Origin: Fistulifera solaris
Taxonomy: Eukaryota
Length of the DNA stretch: 22,973 bases
Reading direction: 5' to 3'
Assembly (NCBI GenBank): GCA_030295235.1
Contig: AP026120.1
Span: 62,001-84,973, forward strand
The notes under the pieces were generated by a model that had not been told where the DNA came from, ran no database searches, and was given only the letters and a program-made list of their open reading frames with translations. The translations under genes and the position numbers were made by a program. Of this stretch, positions 22,472 to 22,973 are shown in pieces. Numbering within the stretch: the stretch's first letter is position 1; each line of letters opens with the position of its first letter.

Positions 22472-22973
22472 TTAATATCGTTTAGATGTTAATGATCCAA
22501 CAGGACATAGATCGATAACGTTTCCTGATAATTCAGAAGATAAAACTAAATCCACGTAAGTACCAATTTCACTCTGTGTTCCACGTCTAAACATACCAAG
22601 TTCTTCAACTCCAGCTATTTCTTTAGCAAATCTTACACATCTAGTACAGTGAATACACCGGGTCATTACTGTTTTAACAATAGGCCCTAAATCTTTATCA
22701 CTTACTATCCGTTTAAATTTATAAAATCGTCTCTTAGTAAAACCAAAGAATAAAGATTGATCTTGTAAATCACAATCTCCTCCTGATCACAAATAGGACA
22801 ATCTAATGGGTGGTTTAATAATAGAAATTCTAAAATATTTTCTCGGGCTTTTTAATTAAAACACTATCATGATAAACACTTGTATTATATAAAGCCGCAC
22901 TAGCGTTTGTAGCACAGGATACAACAGGTTTCATAGAATTCTTTAATTCTACTAGACAAACTCTACAATTTCA
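22472..22973 (-). CDS. nad11a: NADH dehydrogenase subunit 11, N-terminal Fe-S part, 5' end outside the window, frameshifted
   Basis: [49 protein letters not shown] and [11 protein letters not shown] are the Fe-S cysteine motifs of NuoG. Stop at 22474-22472. Confidence 0.95.

Overview
A roughly 23 kb, very AT-rich piece of a mitochondrial genome. It is most likely from a raphid pennate diatom, judged by nad11 split into nad11a/nad11b, a short intronless cox1 and TGG for Trp. Minus-strand genes, left to right: nad2 (partial), nad6, a probable divergent rrn5, an anticodon-less tRNA-like element, rns, rnl, trnH, nad5, trnS(gcu), cob, trnM(cau), cox1, trnQ. Next comes a ~6 kb non-coding array of ~0.83-0.95 kb units, direct at ~12410-15920 and inverted at ~16012-18438. 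Two frameshift-interrupted ORFans follow on the + strand, then trnE, trnV, nad11b, a possible micro-ORF and nad11a (partial) on the minus strand. Most protein genes carry single-base frameshifts in homopolymer runs, which points to long-read sequencing error, so several boundaries are reconstructed by eye. Three observations stand out. (1) A 49-nt tRNA mimic (acceptor stem, GG-loop hairpin, perfect T-arm, no anticodon arm) sits exactly between the rns 3' end and a 5S-like RNA. (2) The inverted half of the repeat array is a 2.5 kb segment bounded by a 12-bp inverted repeat, and flipping it restores a seamless direct array directly upstream of the ORFans. (3) A hidden two-helix micro-ORF lies at the nad11 split.
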